From an uncultured Pseudomonadota bacterium (GTDB taxonomy: Bacteria > Vulcanimicrobiota > Vulcanimicrobiia > Eremiobacterales > Eremiobacteraceae): a DNA stretch of 64,000 nt. The translations under genes were made by a program, and so were the position numbers. The notes under the pieces were generated by a model. It did not search any database. It saw nothing but the letters and a program-made list of their open reading frames with translations, and was not told the DNA's origin. Location: NCBI GenBank assembly GCA_963736005.1, contig CAVTNB010000001.1:1088001-1152000 (forward strand), given 5' to 3'. Shown piece after piece: positions 9,967 through 18,986 of this stretch (position 1 is the first letter of the stretch; each line of letters opens with the position of its first letter).

Positions 9967-12252
9967 CTACTTGCCGTGTGGCCGCTGAGGTCTAGTCGGG
10001 TTGCCGCTAGACTGGCGCTGAAACTGCGGACGCGGTGCATTCACATTGCCGCCTCGTTGCGGATAGTTATTCGAATAGGTCGGGTACCCGCGGTATCCAG
10101 TTCCAACGGAAGATGCCGGGTGGTCGTTGTAGGTCCCGTTGAAGCGAGTCCAGGGCGAACTCGGCATCGCCGACGATGGCACGCTGTGGTATGAGCCTAT
10201 CGCGTGCGGCATTGAGCCGGTCGAAGGGAGAGTTCTCGCCCCCGATCCGACTGCGTGAGTTGAACTCCCGTTGAAGCGAGTCCAGGGCGAACTCGGCATC
10301 GCCGACGATGGCACGCTGTGGTATGAGCCTATCGCGTGCGGCATTGAGCCGGTCGAAGGGAGAGTTCTCGCCCCCGATCCGACTGCGTGAGTTGAACTCC
10401 CGTTGAAGCGAGTCCACGGAGAACTCGGCGTCAACGACGATGGCGCGCCTTGGAATGAGCGTCCCGTCTGCGAATTGCCGGTCGCATGGAAAGTCCTCGG
10501 AGTCGATCCAACCCCGCGCGTTGCACCTCCGTTGAAGCGCGTCGCGTTGGGGAGAGCTGCCGGCATGGCCCCGGCCGCGCTACTTCCGGCACCATGACTT
10601 GCGTTGAACCTGCTCCACTCCGCGGATGGGCCCGATCGCGTTGTGATACGGCTGGGTTGGGTAGGCTTCATTGAATTCGTCATCGCCGGATTCGTCGCCG
10701 TCGAGACGTGAGGACCAATCCCGACGTCCATCGCTGTGCCGCGCGCGGAGCCGAAGCGCCCCCATGCCGACGATGGTGCGCCGCCGGAGTTGAGTTTGGC
10801 AATCGGAGTGCCAGACCGTTCGCTGATCGGCTTGCCGACTGTGCCACCGCTTTGACGTCCGAGGAAACCAGTTTGCGTCTTCGGTTGCAACGCCATGACA
10901 TGGAAGCGGGGCGAAAGCGGTTGCGTCCTGGCAATCGGCATGGGTCTGTCGCTGAACCGCATGTTGCCTTTGCCAGGCTGGATTGGCAACGTGCTCTTCA
11001 GAAGTCCAACGTTTTGAAGGTCGTGTGCGTTCACGGGCAAGTAGTGGTGTGCTGACGATCCGTTCTGGAAATCGCGCACCGTTATTGATGCAATCGCTGC
11101 GTGCGGCCCGCGCGCATTGCGATAGATCTTCGTGACGTTGACGTTCGTAATGTTGATGTTCGTGATGTTGATGTTGGTGATGTTGGCGCCGAAGCCAGAC
11201 CCCCACCACGGGTAAAACGGCTCATACGGTGCGAGCGGCACCCACGCGACATTGCTAAACCCAAAGCCGACGCTGAAACCAAAACCGCTGCCATACCCAA
11301 AGAAGGCGACGGCGCCTGGGCAGTAGGCGACAGGTGCATACACAGGACCGGGCCACCATGCCCACCCATAGCCGTTAGCATAAAACCAACGCCCATAGTG
11401 ATATGGCGCCCAACCCCACGGCTCGTATCCAACCCACGTCCAACCATAGTATGGTGCCCAAGCCCAGCGGCCGTCTTGATAGGGTGCCCAATCGGACTGG
11501 TCGCTGTATGGAACCCACACGTTGCCGTAGTCAGAGACCCAAACCCAATGTCCGTAAGAATCAAGGTCATCCAGACCGACGATATCTTGATTGGCATATT
11601 GGTCTGCAGATGAAGGCTGCTCGTATTGATCGCGCTGCGCATTCCAAGAATCGAAATCGTCGTACGCGACCGTATCGATCGTGCTGACCTGGGGATTGGA
11701 CGATGATCCTTTGACGAGAACCGTCGTCCCTGAGTCGATCGTTTGCGAGCCTTGTGGCCCTATGAGGTCCGCTTGGCCGGAACGCACGGTAAAAATAGTA
11801 CTCCCACTGCTGTCGACTGTAACGCGGTAGCTACCGGGTTCGTCTGGTCGAATCGTGATGGACGGCGTGTCGAGCGCGATGTTTGCATCCGAAGAGTGCA
11901 GCACGCGCACATCGACCGTACCCGCTGCAAGTTGCAGTTGATGGTCATTTGCATCGAGCTTCGAGAAGCGCACTTGAGCGTCCGCGGCGATGCGTACGAA
12001 ATCTGCGTTGTCGATCTGCACTTCAGCGTGAGAGCCAGAACCGGTCGAGAGGTAGTCTCCAACGCTTATAGGTGCATTGACGACGGCCGCTTCGGTGTCT
12101 CCATTATCGCCGTGCTGCACGGTGATCGTCCCGTTCACAACGCTGACGCGGGCGACGCCGCTTCCGCTGTCTGCAAGTGCCGGAACTGAAGCGAGACCGA
12201 CCACAAGGATGGCAGCTAGGGCCATGCCTAGCTTGACGAATGCATTTTTCAT
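9967..12252 (-). CDS. FecR-like / DUF6600-type secreted protein with W/Y/G-rich repeats and low-complexity tail
   Basis: Signal peptide; VARVSVVNG FecR-like beta domain; LDSYGHW..WAPYQDGRW..EPWGWAPYHYGRW block; long S/P/G-rich C-terminus. Confidence 0.8.
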   Translation of the reverse strand: MKNAFVKLGMALAAILVVGLASVPALADSGSGVARVSVVNGTITVQHGDNGDTEAAVVNAPISVGDYLSTGSGSHAEVQIDNADFVRIAADAQVRFSKLDANDHQLQLAAGTVDVRVLHSSDANIALDTPSITIRPDEPGSYRVTVDSSGSTIFTVRSGQADLIGPQGSQTIDSGTTVLVKGSSSNPQVSTIDTVAYDDFDSWNAQRDQYEQPSSADQYANQDIVGLDDLDSYGHWVWVSDYGNVWVPYSDQSDWAPYQDGRWAWAPYYGWTWVGYEPWGWAPYHYGRWFYANGYGWAWWPGPVYAPVAYCPGAVAFFGYGSGFGFSVGFGFSNVAWVPLAPYEPFYPWWGSGFGANITNINITNINITNVNVTKIYRNARGPHAAIASITVRDFQNGSSAHHYLPVNAHDLQNVGLLKSTLPIQPGKGNMRFSDRPMPIARTQPLSPRFHVMALQPKTQTGFLGRQSGGTVGKPISERSGTPIAKLNSGGAPSSAWGRFGSARGTAMDVGIGPHVSTATNPAMTNSMKPTQPSRITTRSGPSAEWSRFNASHGAGSSAAGAMPAALPNATRFNGGATRGVGSTPRTFHATGNSQTGRSFQGAPSSLTPSSPWTRFNGSSTHAVGSGARTLPSTGSMPHAIGSYHSVPSSAMPSSPWTRFNGSSTHAVGSGARTLPSTGSMPHAIGSYHSVPSSAMPSSPWTRFNGTYNDHPASSVGTGYRGYPTYSNNYPQRGGNVNAPRPQFQRQSSGNPTRPQRPHGK
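10134..10416. repeat. Perfect 132-bp tandem repeat (2 copies plus partial) within a CDS
   Basis: Unit starts at 10134, 10266 and 10398; encodes 44 aa WTRFNGSSTHAVGSGARTLPSTGSMPHAIGSYHSVPSSAMPSSP. Confidence 0.95.
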
Positions 12253-12338
12253 GGGGCAACTCCTGGGGGCAACCGCGTGGGTCCACCTCGCCCATCCTGC
12301 CCTACCTTCTACTAAACGAATTCTGCTTGGGAAACGTT

Positions 12339-12875
12339 TTACCCGTCAGCGGGGGCATCCAGCTGGTACTTCCTGAGAAGATAGACACGCAATCCCAGGA
12401 TGACCCCCAGGGCCAAAGCGAGGAGTAGCGCGCTCAGCTGGCTCGCTAGGTCGCCTTTGGGCGGCATCGGCACCGTGCCCGCTGCCACCGAGCCGTTCTG
12501 AATTGCCGGGAGGATGGAAGTGCCCCTGATGAGCAGCCGCGCGCCAATGACTGCGACAAAAATCGCCGCTCCGATGGGCTTGGCCTTCGTATACATCACG
12601 TGCGCGGCGCGGTCGATCCTGACCGTGGTATGCGTGCCCTGGTACCAGCCAATCGCCCCGCCAACCACAAGCAGCCCGAGAGCGAGCGCAACGTCGACCG
12701 GGGTCGTGAAGCCATCAAAAACGAGCGCCCAAATGGTGAGGGCCAAAAAGATCGCGGGGGCGATCCACATCGACCCAACCTTAATCCGTTGCTCCCTGGT
12801 CGCTCGCCAGATGCGAAGACCGATGACAAGCATAATCGCCACAATGACGATAAGTGTGAGCTCTGTTTGACTCAT
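12339..12875 (-). CDS. CcdC/DUF1453-like membrane protein
   Basis: About 5 TM segments; MWIAPAI, GWYQG motifs; ATG at 12875. Confidence 0.65.
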   Translation of the reverse strand: MSQTELTLIVIVAIMLVIGLRIWRATREQRIKVGSMWIAPAIFLALTIWALVFDGFTTPVDVALALGLLVVGGAIGWYQGTHTTVRIDRAAHVMYTKAKPIGAAIFVAVIGARLLIRGTSILPAIQNGSVAAGTVPMPPKGDLASQLSALLLALALGVILGLRVYLLRKYQLDAPADG

Positions 12876-12960
12876 GACAAGCCTTTCGAGCCGGCCTTTG
12901 TCATCTCCGGCCTGCGGGAAGCTGGATGGCTTGCGCGCTCCGAGGTGGAAGAAATAGATT

Positions 12961-13467
12961 ATGATGCACTTTGCAAACCGGACAACCTTAGCGTTCGCGT
13001 GCGTGGCTATTTTGGCCACGCTCTCCATGGGCGCAAGCTATGTTAGTTACTTGGCAATCAGCCTGCAGCCCGGCGACCAGATCAGCGTGCACATCGATGG
13101 AACAACGCTCTCTTCTTCATCTTCCAACCCGGGTGACACGTTCCAAATTGTGGCCGCGGAACCGTTCCTGGCGCAAGGCAACGTCGCCGTTATCTCGGGC
13201 GCCGTCGGACAAGGTCACGTCGTCTCAATCGCACCGGCGAAAAATGGTAAGCCGGCCGCCGTGGCCATCCAACTCGATTGGATTACTTCAGTCGACGGTC
13301 AGCACGTTCCAATCGCGGCCACCAAGAAAGGTGATCCCCTCATTTTTGGCGCTGGTGGCCCCTATGAGAAAAACTATTCCAAAGACAAACCGGTAACAGT
13401 GGGCTCCGATCTTTTGTTTATGGCGTATGTAACTCAGCAGGTCTCGGTTCAGGTTAATCCGACGTAG
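12961..13467 (+). CDS. Secreted hypothetical protein
   Basis: GAGGTGG RBS; signal peptide; TLSSSSSNPGDTF...GAVGQGHV beta-rich domain. Confidence 0.6.
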   Translation: MMHFANRTTLAFACVAILATLSMGASYVSYLAISLQPGDQISVHIDGTTLSSSSSNPGDTFQIVAAEPFLAQGNVAVISGAVGQGHVVSIAPAKNGKPAAVAIQLDWITSVDGQHVPIAATKKGDPLIFGAGGPYEKNYSKDKPVTVGSDLLFMAYVTQQVSVQVNPT

Positions 13468-13861
13468 TTTTTGGGAAGTGTGCGGCGAGCTCGCCTCCGA
13501 TTGCCTCGATGCCATGGATGAGTCCGCGGCTAAGATCTTCGGTTTTGATCTTCTGGCTCATTGAACGAGCAAGTTGGTCCCAAAAGCTTTGTCCGAGTTT
13601 TTGATGAATCCCGGCATCTCCAACCACTGCAAACTCCCGCTTTGAGGGCGCGACAAAGAGCAAAACGCTGTTGCGATGATGGCTGCGGTGCATGTCGAGC
13701 TTGGCAAACGCCTGCGCGGCCGCTGCGATGATGTCTCCGCGGGAAGGGGATGAGAGCACCACGACAACCTTGCCGGTGGTGTGAGCTTCTGCTACGCGAA
13801 TCGCTGCGGCGATTTGGTCCTCGTCGACGTAGCGCGCGAGATGATGTTTTGGCTTCACCAA
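13454..13861 (-). CDS. Small TPM-domain protein (LemA operon partner)
   Basis: IAAAIRVAEAHTTG, RNSVLLFVA, VVGDAGIH..FW. Confidence 0.85.
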   Translation of the reverse strand: MVKPKHHLARYVDEDQIAAAIRVAEAHTTGKVVVVLSSPSRGDIIAAAAQAFAKLDMHRSHHRNSVLLFVAPSKREFAVVGDAGIHQKLGQSFWDQLARSMSQKIKTEDLSRGLIHGIEAIGGELAAHFPKTTSD

Positions 13862-14607
13862 CCCCCCGATGCTCCGCCACCGCCACCCATGCCCCCGCCG
13901 CCGCTGAACCCGCCGCCACCGCCTGAAAAGCCTCCGCTAAAGCCGCCCCAACCGGCGCCGCTCCAGCCAGATCCGATAACATACGGACCGCGACGGCCCG
14001 CGGCTCGACGGATCAACGAGCTCATGATGAAAAAGATGACGAGAAAGGCGAGGATGCCCCATAAACCCCCGTTGTCCGAACTTGTGGAAGGTCGATAGGG
14101 CCGTGCCGACGCGCCTCCTTCGCCACCGATCGTCGCAAGGATATCCGAAACCGCGGACGTGACCGCTCCGTCTGGATCGTTCGCTCGCATCTGCGGTTCG
14201 ACGTCATTGCGAATGATTTGCGACGAAATGGCGTCGGTGAGTTGGCCTTCGAGTCCGTAGCCAACCTCGATGCGGACTTTGCGATCTTGCGTGAACAAAA
14301 AGAGGACGGCACCGTCGTCGAGACCTTTGCGGCCGACCTTCCAAGCCGTGAATGCGCGAATGGTCCAATCTTCAAGCGGCACGTCGCCGGTTGATGGACC
14401 AATCCAGACAAGGACTTGATGTCCCGTGGTCTTCTCGTAGTTTGCGAGGCGCTGGTTGAGGCTGTCGCTTGTGGACGATGAAAGCACCCCAACGTTGTCG
14501 GTCACCCACTGCGTGGGCGATGGCGGTATCGGGACTTGATCCGCCAGCGCACGCGCGCTGAGTGCAACCGCGGCGATGGCGGCAAGCAGGGTCAGGTAGA
14601 TCCGCAT
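13855..14607 (-). CDS. TPM-domain protein (YgcG family)
   Basis: WVTDNVGVL, WKVGRKGLDDG, RIEVGYGLEG, Gly-rich tail GGGGASGGW. Confidence 0.9.
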   Translation of the reverse strand: MRIYLTLLAAIAAVALSARALADQVPIPPSPTQWVTDNVGVLSSSTSDSLNQRLANYEKTTGHQVLVWIGPSTGDVPLEDWTIRAFTAWKVGRKGLDDGAVLFLFTQDRKVRIEVGYGLEGQLTDAISSQIIRNDVEPQMRANDPDGAVTSAVSDILATIGGEGGASARPYRPSTSSDNGGLWGILAFLVIFFIMSSLIRRAAGRRGPYVIGSGWSGAGWGGFSGGFSGGGGGFSGGGGMGGGGGASGGW

Positions 14608-14610
14608 CCT

Positions 14611-15228
14611 TTAGAACTGCACCTGCGGAGCGGTCTGCGCACCAGGCTGAGCTTTAAAGTATTCCTTGGCCGGAAAGCGATTGCCGAACAATCCGACGAT
14701 CGCAATGGTCGGGAACGACTGGCGCGTCGTATTGTACTGCCGGGCGATGTCGTTATAACGCATGCGCTCCACCGCGATCCGATTCTCTGTACCTTCGAGT
14801 TGTGACTGAAGCGTCAGGAAATTCTCGCTTGCTTTGAGATCTGGATAGTTCTCAACGACGGCGAGCAGACGAGCAAGCGTCGCGGACAGACCATCTTGGG
14901 CGGCTTGAAATTTGGCAAAGTTTTGCGGATCGCTTGTCACGTTTGCGGGGATCGCTTGCGTCACTTGCCCAACTTTAGCGCGCGCTTGCGCAACCGCGAT
15001 GTACGTACTTTTTTCGAAATTCGCGGCGCCTTTGACTGTGGCGACGAGATTAGGGATGAGGTCGGCACGCCGCTGGTAGACATTCTCTACCTGAGCCCAT
15101 TGCGTGTCGACGGCCTGACTGAGAGTCACCAAATTGTTGTACGTGCCGACAATCCAAAATCCGACGATGGCAATGAGGACGACGACCGCGATCAAACACC
15201 CGAGCGCCCCGCGACTTCCCATTCTCAT
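14611..15228 (-). CDS. lemA: LemA family protein
   Basis: YNNLV..WAQVENVYQRRADLIPNLV, ENYPDLKA, QLEGTENRIAVER. Confidence 0.95.
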   Translation of the reverse strand: MRMGSRGALGCLIAVVVLIAIVGFWIVGTYNNLVTLSQAVDTQWAQVENVYQRRADLIPNLVATVKGAANFEKSTYIAVAQARAKVGQVTQAIPANVTSDPQNFAKFQAAQDGLSATLARLLAVVENYPDLKASENFLTLQSQLEGTENRIAVERMRYNDIARQYNTTRQSFPTIAIVGLFGNRFPAKEYFKAQPGAQTAPQVQF

Positions 15229-15285
15229 GTGCTCCTCATGTCAGTGGGTAAGAAGAGTAACCGTGACGGGTGAACTTCAGGGAGT

Positions 15286-16311
15286 ATGATGATGACCCTG
15301 CCAGAAAAGGAATCCGAAGGTCGGCTGCGACGCCTTGGTCGCCCGAATAAATTCGCGCAACTACATTTTGCGTTCGTGGCCCTCGCGCTGATCACCCTGG
15401 GCGCAGCCTATCCCGTCAAGACGATCGACTCGATCACTCTGCGCGACGCGCAGCGTCAGCGTGACATTCCACTGAAAATCTACTATCCGGCAGGTCAAAA
15501 GGATGTGCCGCTCATTATCTTTTCGCACGGCTATGGGGGCAATAAGGACGGTTACGTCTATTTAGGAGCAGGTTGGGCGAGTGCTGGCTATGCCGTTATT
15601 CTCCCTACGCACGAGGGTGGGGATCGCCAAGCGGCCATGGCCGGCGGCTACACAGCCATGTTTAAAGGAGAGTCGGTAGTGACTTCTTCGCAGCTGGACG
15701 ATAACGCGCACGACATCTCGTTTATCATTTCCTCGCTGCCCGATATCGAGCGACGCGCTCCGGAGCTGGATGGCGTCATCGACACGAAGCGGATCGGCGT
15801 TGCGGGCCACTCCATGGGTGCCGGTACGACGCTCGTTCTCGCGGGGGCCACGCTGCCTGGATCAAGCGCGCTCGCGAGCGACCCACGACCCCTCGCGTTC
15901 CTCGCCATATCGCCCCAGGGGATGTTTTCGAGCGCCGATGCGCATCGCTGGGATGGGATCGTGCGGCCCACCCTGACCCTCTACGGATCGAGCGACGAGG
16001 GCGAGCAGCATCAAGCGCCGAGTTGGCGTCTCGATCCGTTCGAGCATATGCCGCCCGGCAATAAATACAATCTCATCGTCGACGGCGCGAACCACTTTTC
16101 GTTTGCCGACGCAGCCAAGGCGCCCGCCGTCGCCGCGATGCTGGCGCACGGGCAGACGCGCGACATGAATCAAATTCATGACTATGTTGTCCGAACGACG
16201 TTAATCTTTTGGAATGCCTATTTAGGCAACGACAGCGCAGCGTTGGCGCAGTTGCGCTCCGGGCAACCACTCATTCCCGAAGAACCAATTGGCGCGCTAA
16301 GTGTAAAATAA
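15286..16311 (+). CDS. Alpha/beta hydrolase (secreted)
   Basis: IFSHGYGG, GHSMG nucleophile, GSSD, GANHFSF; exact start uncertain. Confidence 0.85.
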   Translation: MMMTLPEKESEGRLRRLGRPNKFAQLHFAFVALALITLGAAYPVKTIDSITLRDAQRQRDIPLKIYYPAGQKDVPLIIFSHGYGGNKDGYVYLGAGWASAGYAVILPTHEGGDRQAAMAGGYTAMFKGESVVTSSQLDDNAHDISFIISSLPDIERRAPELDGVIDTKRIGVAGHSMGAGTTLVLAGATLPGSSALASDPRPLAFLAISPQGMFSSADAHRWDGIVRPTLTLYGSSDEGEQHQAPSWRLDPFEHMPPGNKYNLIVDGANHFSFADAAKAPAVAAMLAHGQTRDMNQIHDYVVRTTLIFWNAYLGNDSAALAQLRSGQPLIPEEPIGALSVK

Positions 16312-16321
16312 AGACGCGAGT

Positions 16322-16380
16322 TAAAAAGGGGCGATTTTCCAATCGCCCCCTACCAGGCGGACCTAAAGGTCCGCCGCTAC
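16322..16380 (-). repeat. Composite REP (family C plus family B) with U-tract
   Basis: ggggcgattttccaatcgccccctac followed by gcggacctaaaggtccgccgctac; begins 2 nt after the VOC stop. Confidence 0.8.
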
Positions 16381-16382
16381 AT

Positions 16383-16751
16383 TTACTTGCGCTGGTGGAG
16401 CATGAACGAGTTTCCCTCGGTGTCTTCAACCCCGATCATGTGGCAGACTTCGGATTCGAACGGCTCGTCGTCGAGAAACTTTACGTCGTGTTTGCGCAGC
16501 TCGGCTACTGCTTCCTTAAGATTGGGAACCGCGAAGAACACGCCGGCGCTGGGATGCCAGCTTCCGTCGCTCATCTTCCAGACGCCGAACGTCGCACCGT
16601 CGCCGAGCTCGAATTCTGCGCCTTGATCGCCTTCCCATGAGGGTTCCAGGCCGAGGATGTCCTTGTAAAACTTGGTCGCGCGTTTCGGATCTTTCACCAG
16701 GTAGGCGTGAATGTCAATCCCGGTCGCCTTAATGCCCGTGGCTGTCGCCAT
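16383..16751 (-). CDS. VOC (glyoxalase/bleomycin resistance) family protein
   Basis: VKDPKRATKFYKDILGL ... DTEGNSFMLHQ. Confidence 0.9.
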   Translation of the reverse strand: MATATGIKATGIDIHAYLVKDPKRATKFYKDILGLEPSWEGDQGAEFELGDGATFGVWKMSDGSWHPSAGVFFAVPNLKEAVAELRKHDVKFLDDEPFESEVCHMIGVEDTEGNSFMLHQRK

Positions 16752-16810
16752 GAGGATGCCTTCCTTTCAGATGTGCGTCTAAGGGATAACCCATCCTAGC
16801 GCATGAAAGG

Positions 16811-16825
16811 TGACACCTAATGTCA
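16811..16825. promoter_or_regulatory. Palindromic operator TGACA-N5-TGTCA, probable site of the adjacent WYL regulator
   Basis: tgacacctaatgtca in the 98-bp divergent intergenic region. Confidence 0.6.
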
Positions 16826-16849
16826 TATATTCCATAGGATACTGAAATC

Positions 16850-17794
16850 ATGAAATCTGGCCGTTTGCTCGCCATGCTGCTTCTGCTCCAAGCCAAGGGG
16901 CGGGCCTGCGCGCGTGAGCTGGCAGAGCAGTTAGAGGTTTCCAAGCGTACGGTCTATCGCGATCTTGATGCGCTCAGTTCGGCTGGCGTCCCCGTTCATG
17001 CCGAAAGGGGTGTTTCGGGCGGGATCGTCTTGGCTGACGGCTATCGCAAAGCGCTGACCCAGTTCAGCGAGGACGAATTGCGGGCTTTATTCATTTCAGG
17101 CGACAATCCGCTGGCCGACATTGGCTTGAGCGATAAACTACCGCTCGCGCTCGCAAAGCTGGTGGGTGCGCTGCCTGATGCGCAGCGCCGCGCCGTTGAG
17201 ATGGCTCGCCATCGAATCTACCTCGACCCCCGGCGCTGGAAGCAAGCGGCGCAACCACGAGAACATTTGGCCACCTTGAGGGTTGCAATTTGGGAAAACC
17301 GGCGGGTTGAACTTTATTACAAAGATCAAAATCGAGCGCAGACCGAGAGAGTGATCGAGCCCCTGGGCTTGGTCGCCAAAGCCGGTATCTGGTATCTCGT
17401 CGCGCGCTCTGGTTCGGAAATGCGGACCTTTCGAGCCGAGCGTATCATCAACGTCAAGGAACTCGACCAGCATTTCGAGCGACCCATCGATTTCGACTTG
17501 GTCGGATTCTGGCGCGAGTGGGCTCAAAAATTCGAAGAAAGCCTTCCGACGTACTCTGTCTTGCTGCGAGTACCGAGTGCTGCAATTGACGACGTAACGG
17601 CATACTGGGAATCGCAGGTGCTTGAGAGCAAAGCTCGATCGGAATCCTTACTGGTGAAAATCGTTTTTCCGGCGACTGAGGTTGCGGTGCATCAACTCGT
17701 CGCCTGGGGAAGAAAAGTCGAGATCGTAGAACCCCAGGAGCTTCGTGAACTCGTGCTGCAACGAGCGCGCGACGTTCTCGCGCATTACGCCTAG
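16850..17794 (+). CDS. HTH-WYL domain transcriptional regulator (YafY family)
   Basis: ELAEQLEVSKRTVYRDLDAL HTH; PLGLVAKAGIWYLVA..RTFRAERI WYL domain. Confidence 0.92.
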   Translation: MKSGRLLAMLLLLQAKGRACARELAEQLEVSKRTVYRDLDALSSAGVPVHAERGVSGGIVLADGYRKALTQFSEDELRALFISGDNPLADIGLSDKLPLALAKLVGALPDAQRRAVEMARHRIYLDPRRWKQAAQPREHLATLRVAIWENRRVELYYKDQNRAQTERVIEPLGLVAKAGIWYLVARSGSEMRTFRAERIINVKELDQHFERPIDFDLVGFWREWAQKFEESLPTYSVLLRVPSAAIDDVTAYWESQVLESKARSESLLVKIVFPATEVAVHQLVAWGRKVEIVEPQELRELVLQRARDVLAHYA

Positions 17795-17835
17795 CAACAG
17801 GGTGTCCGCCGTTGCGGGCGAAGCTGCACGAATCT

Positions 17836-18960
17836 ATGAAATTGGCCTGGTTTTCTCTTTGCGCGGCGATCGCGCTTGCGACGGTCGGATTCTTCGCGCT
17901 TTCCACGGGTGGCGTGGGGGCGCCGAGTCCTGCTGCATCTGCCGCCGCGCAAGACACTCCCACTCCGCCGCTCACGATCTATGCTCGCGTTGGTAATCAG
18001 CACCCGAGCACGCTCGCTCCCCAGGGTCCGGGCTTGCTGCTCATGGGCGGTGGCGCCACGGTTGACTCTTCTTTCGTGTGGATGCACGACACGATCGTCG
18101 GTTCGCATTCCGTCCGGGGCGGCGATGTGGTCGTTCTGACGGCCTCCGAGGGAGATATCTACACCGCGTACATCATGCGGGTTGCCCCTTTCAATTCCGT
18201 GCGATCGATCAGCTTAGGCCCCGGGGCAACCAAAGCCGACCTCGAGCAAGCAGCTGACTATGTCGACCATGCTCAAGGCGTCTTCTTCTCAGGCGGCGAT
18301 CAATCGCACTACGTTCGATGGAAGGGCTCGCCGCTGATTGCCGCCGTCCAGCGCCTGTACGATCGCGGAGGTGTGGTTGGAGGCACGAGCGCTGGCCTGG
18401 CGATTCTGGGTGAGTATGCGTATGATTCGGTTGCGGCGGACGCAGCCGGTGGAGACGTCGAAGCCAGGACAACCAATGCGATGGCGGATCCGAGCGAACC
18501 AATCATAAGCTTCACCCACGATCTCTTCACCTTTCCGCCGCTGCGCCATATCATTACGGATACGCACTTGGTTCCTCGCAATCGACTGGGGCGGCTCATG
18601 GTGTTCCTCGCGCGTTTGCAAGAGCAATCCTCGAGCGATCTCATGGGTGTCGGTGTGAGTCAGGGGACGGCAATCGTTATTGACCGACATGGGATCGGCA
18701 CGCTCAAGCTGGAGCATCACCAAGGCGCCGCGTTGTTGGTTCGGTTGACTGAAGCGACGCCAATCGTTGCCGGAAAGCCCTTTATCGCCAAAAATATTCG
18801 CATCACGCTGCTCAATCGCGAAGGCGAACAGATTGATTTCAATACGTGGTGCGCCGCCGCACCCACGTACTTTGTGAGTGTTGACGGCCGGAAAGCACCG
18901 TTCTACAACCCGCCCGATCCCTACACTGCGCCGCCAAACGCTACGATTCCCAAATGTTAG
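17836..18960 (+). CDS. Secreted cyanophycinase-like peptidase (S51)
   Basis: Signal peptide; LLMGGG, FFSGGDQ, GGTSAG, TDTH..RNRLGRL. Confidence 0.8.
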   Translation: MKLAWFSLCAAIALATVGFFALSTGGVGAPSPAASAAAQDTPTPPLTIYARVGNQHPSTLAPQGPGLLLMGGGATVDSSFVWMHDTIVGSHSVRGGDVVVLTASEGDIYTAYIMRVAPFNSVRSISLGPGATKADLEQAADYVDHAQGVFFSGGDQSHYVRWKGSPLIAAVQRLYDRGGVVGGTSAGLAILGEYAYDSVAADAAGGDVEARTTNAMADPSEPIISFTHDLFTFPPLRHIITDTHLVPRNRLGRLMVFLARLQEQSSSDLMGVGVSQGTAIVIDRHGIGTLKLEHHQGAALLVRLTEATPIVAGKPFIAKNIRITLLNREGEQIDFNTWCAAAPTYFVSVDGRKAPFYNPPDPYTAPPNATIPKC

Positions 18961-18985
18961 CGGGGACCTAAAGGTCCGCTGCTAC
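18961..18985 (-). repeat. REP family C
   Basis: ggacctaaaggtccgctgctac fills the gap between convergent stops. Confidence 0.8.
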
Positions 18986-18986
18986 A

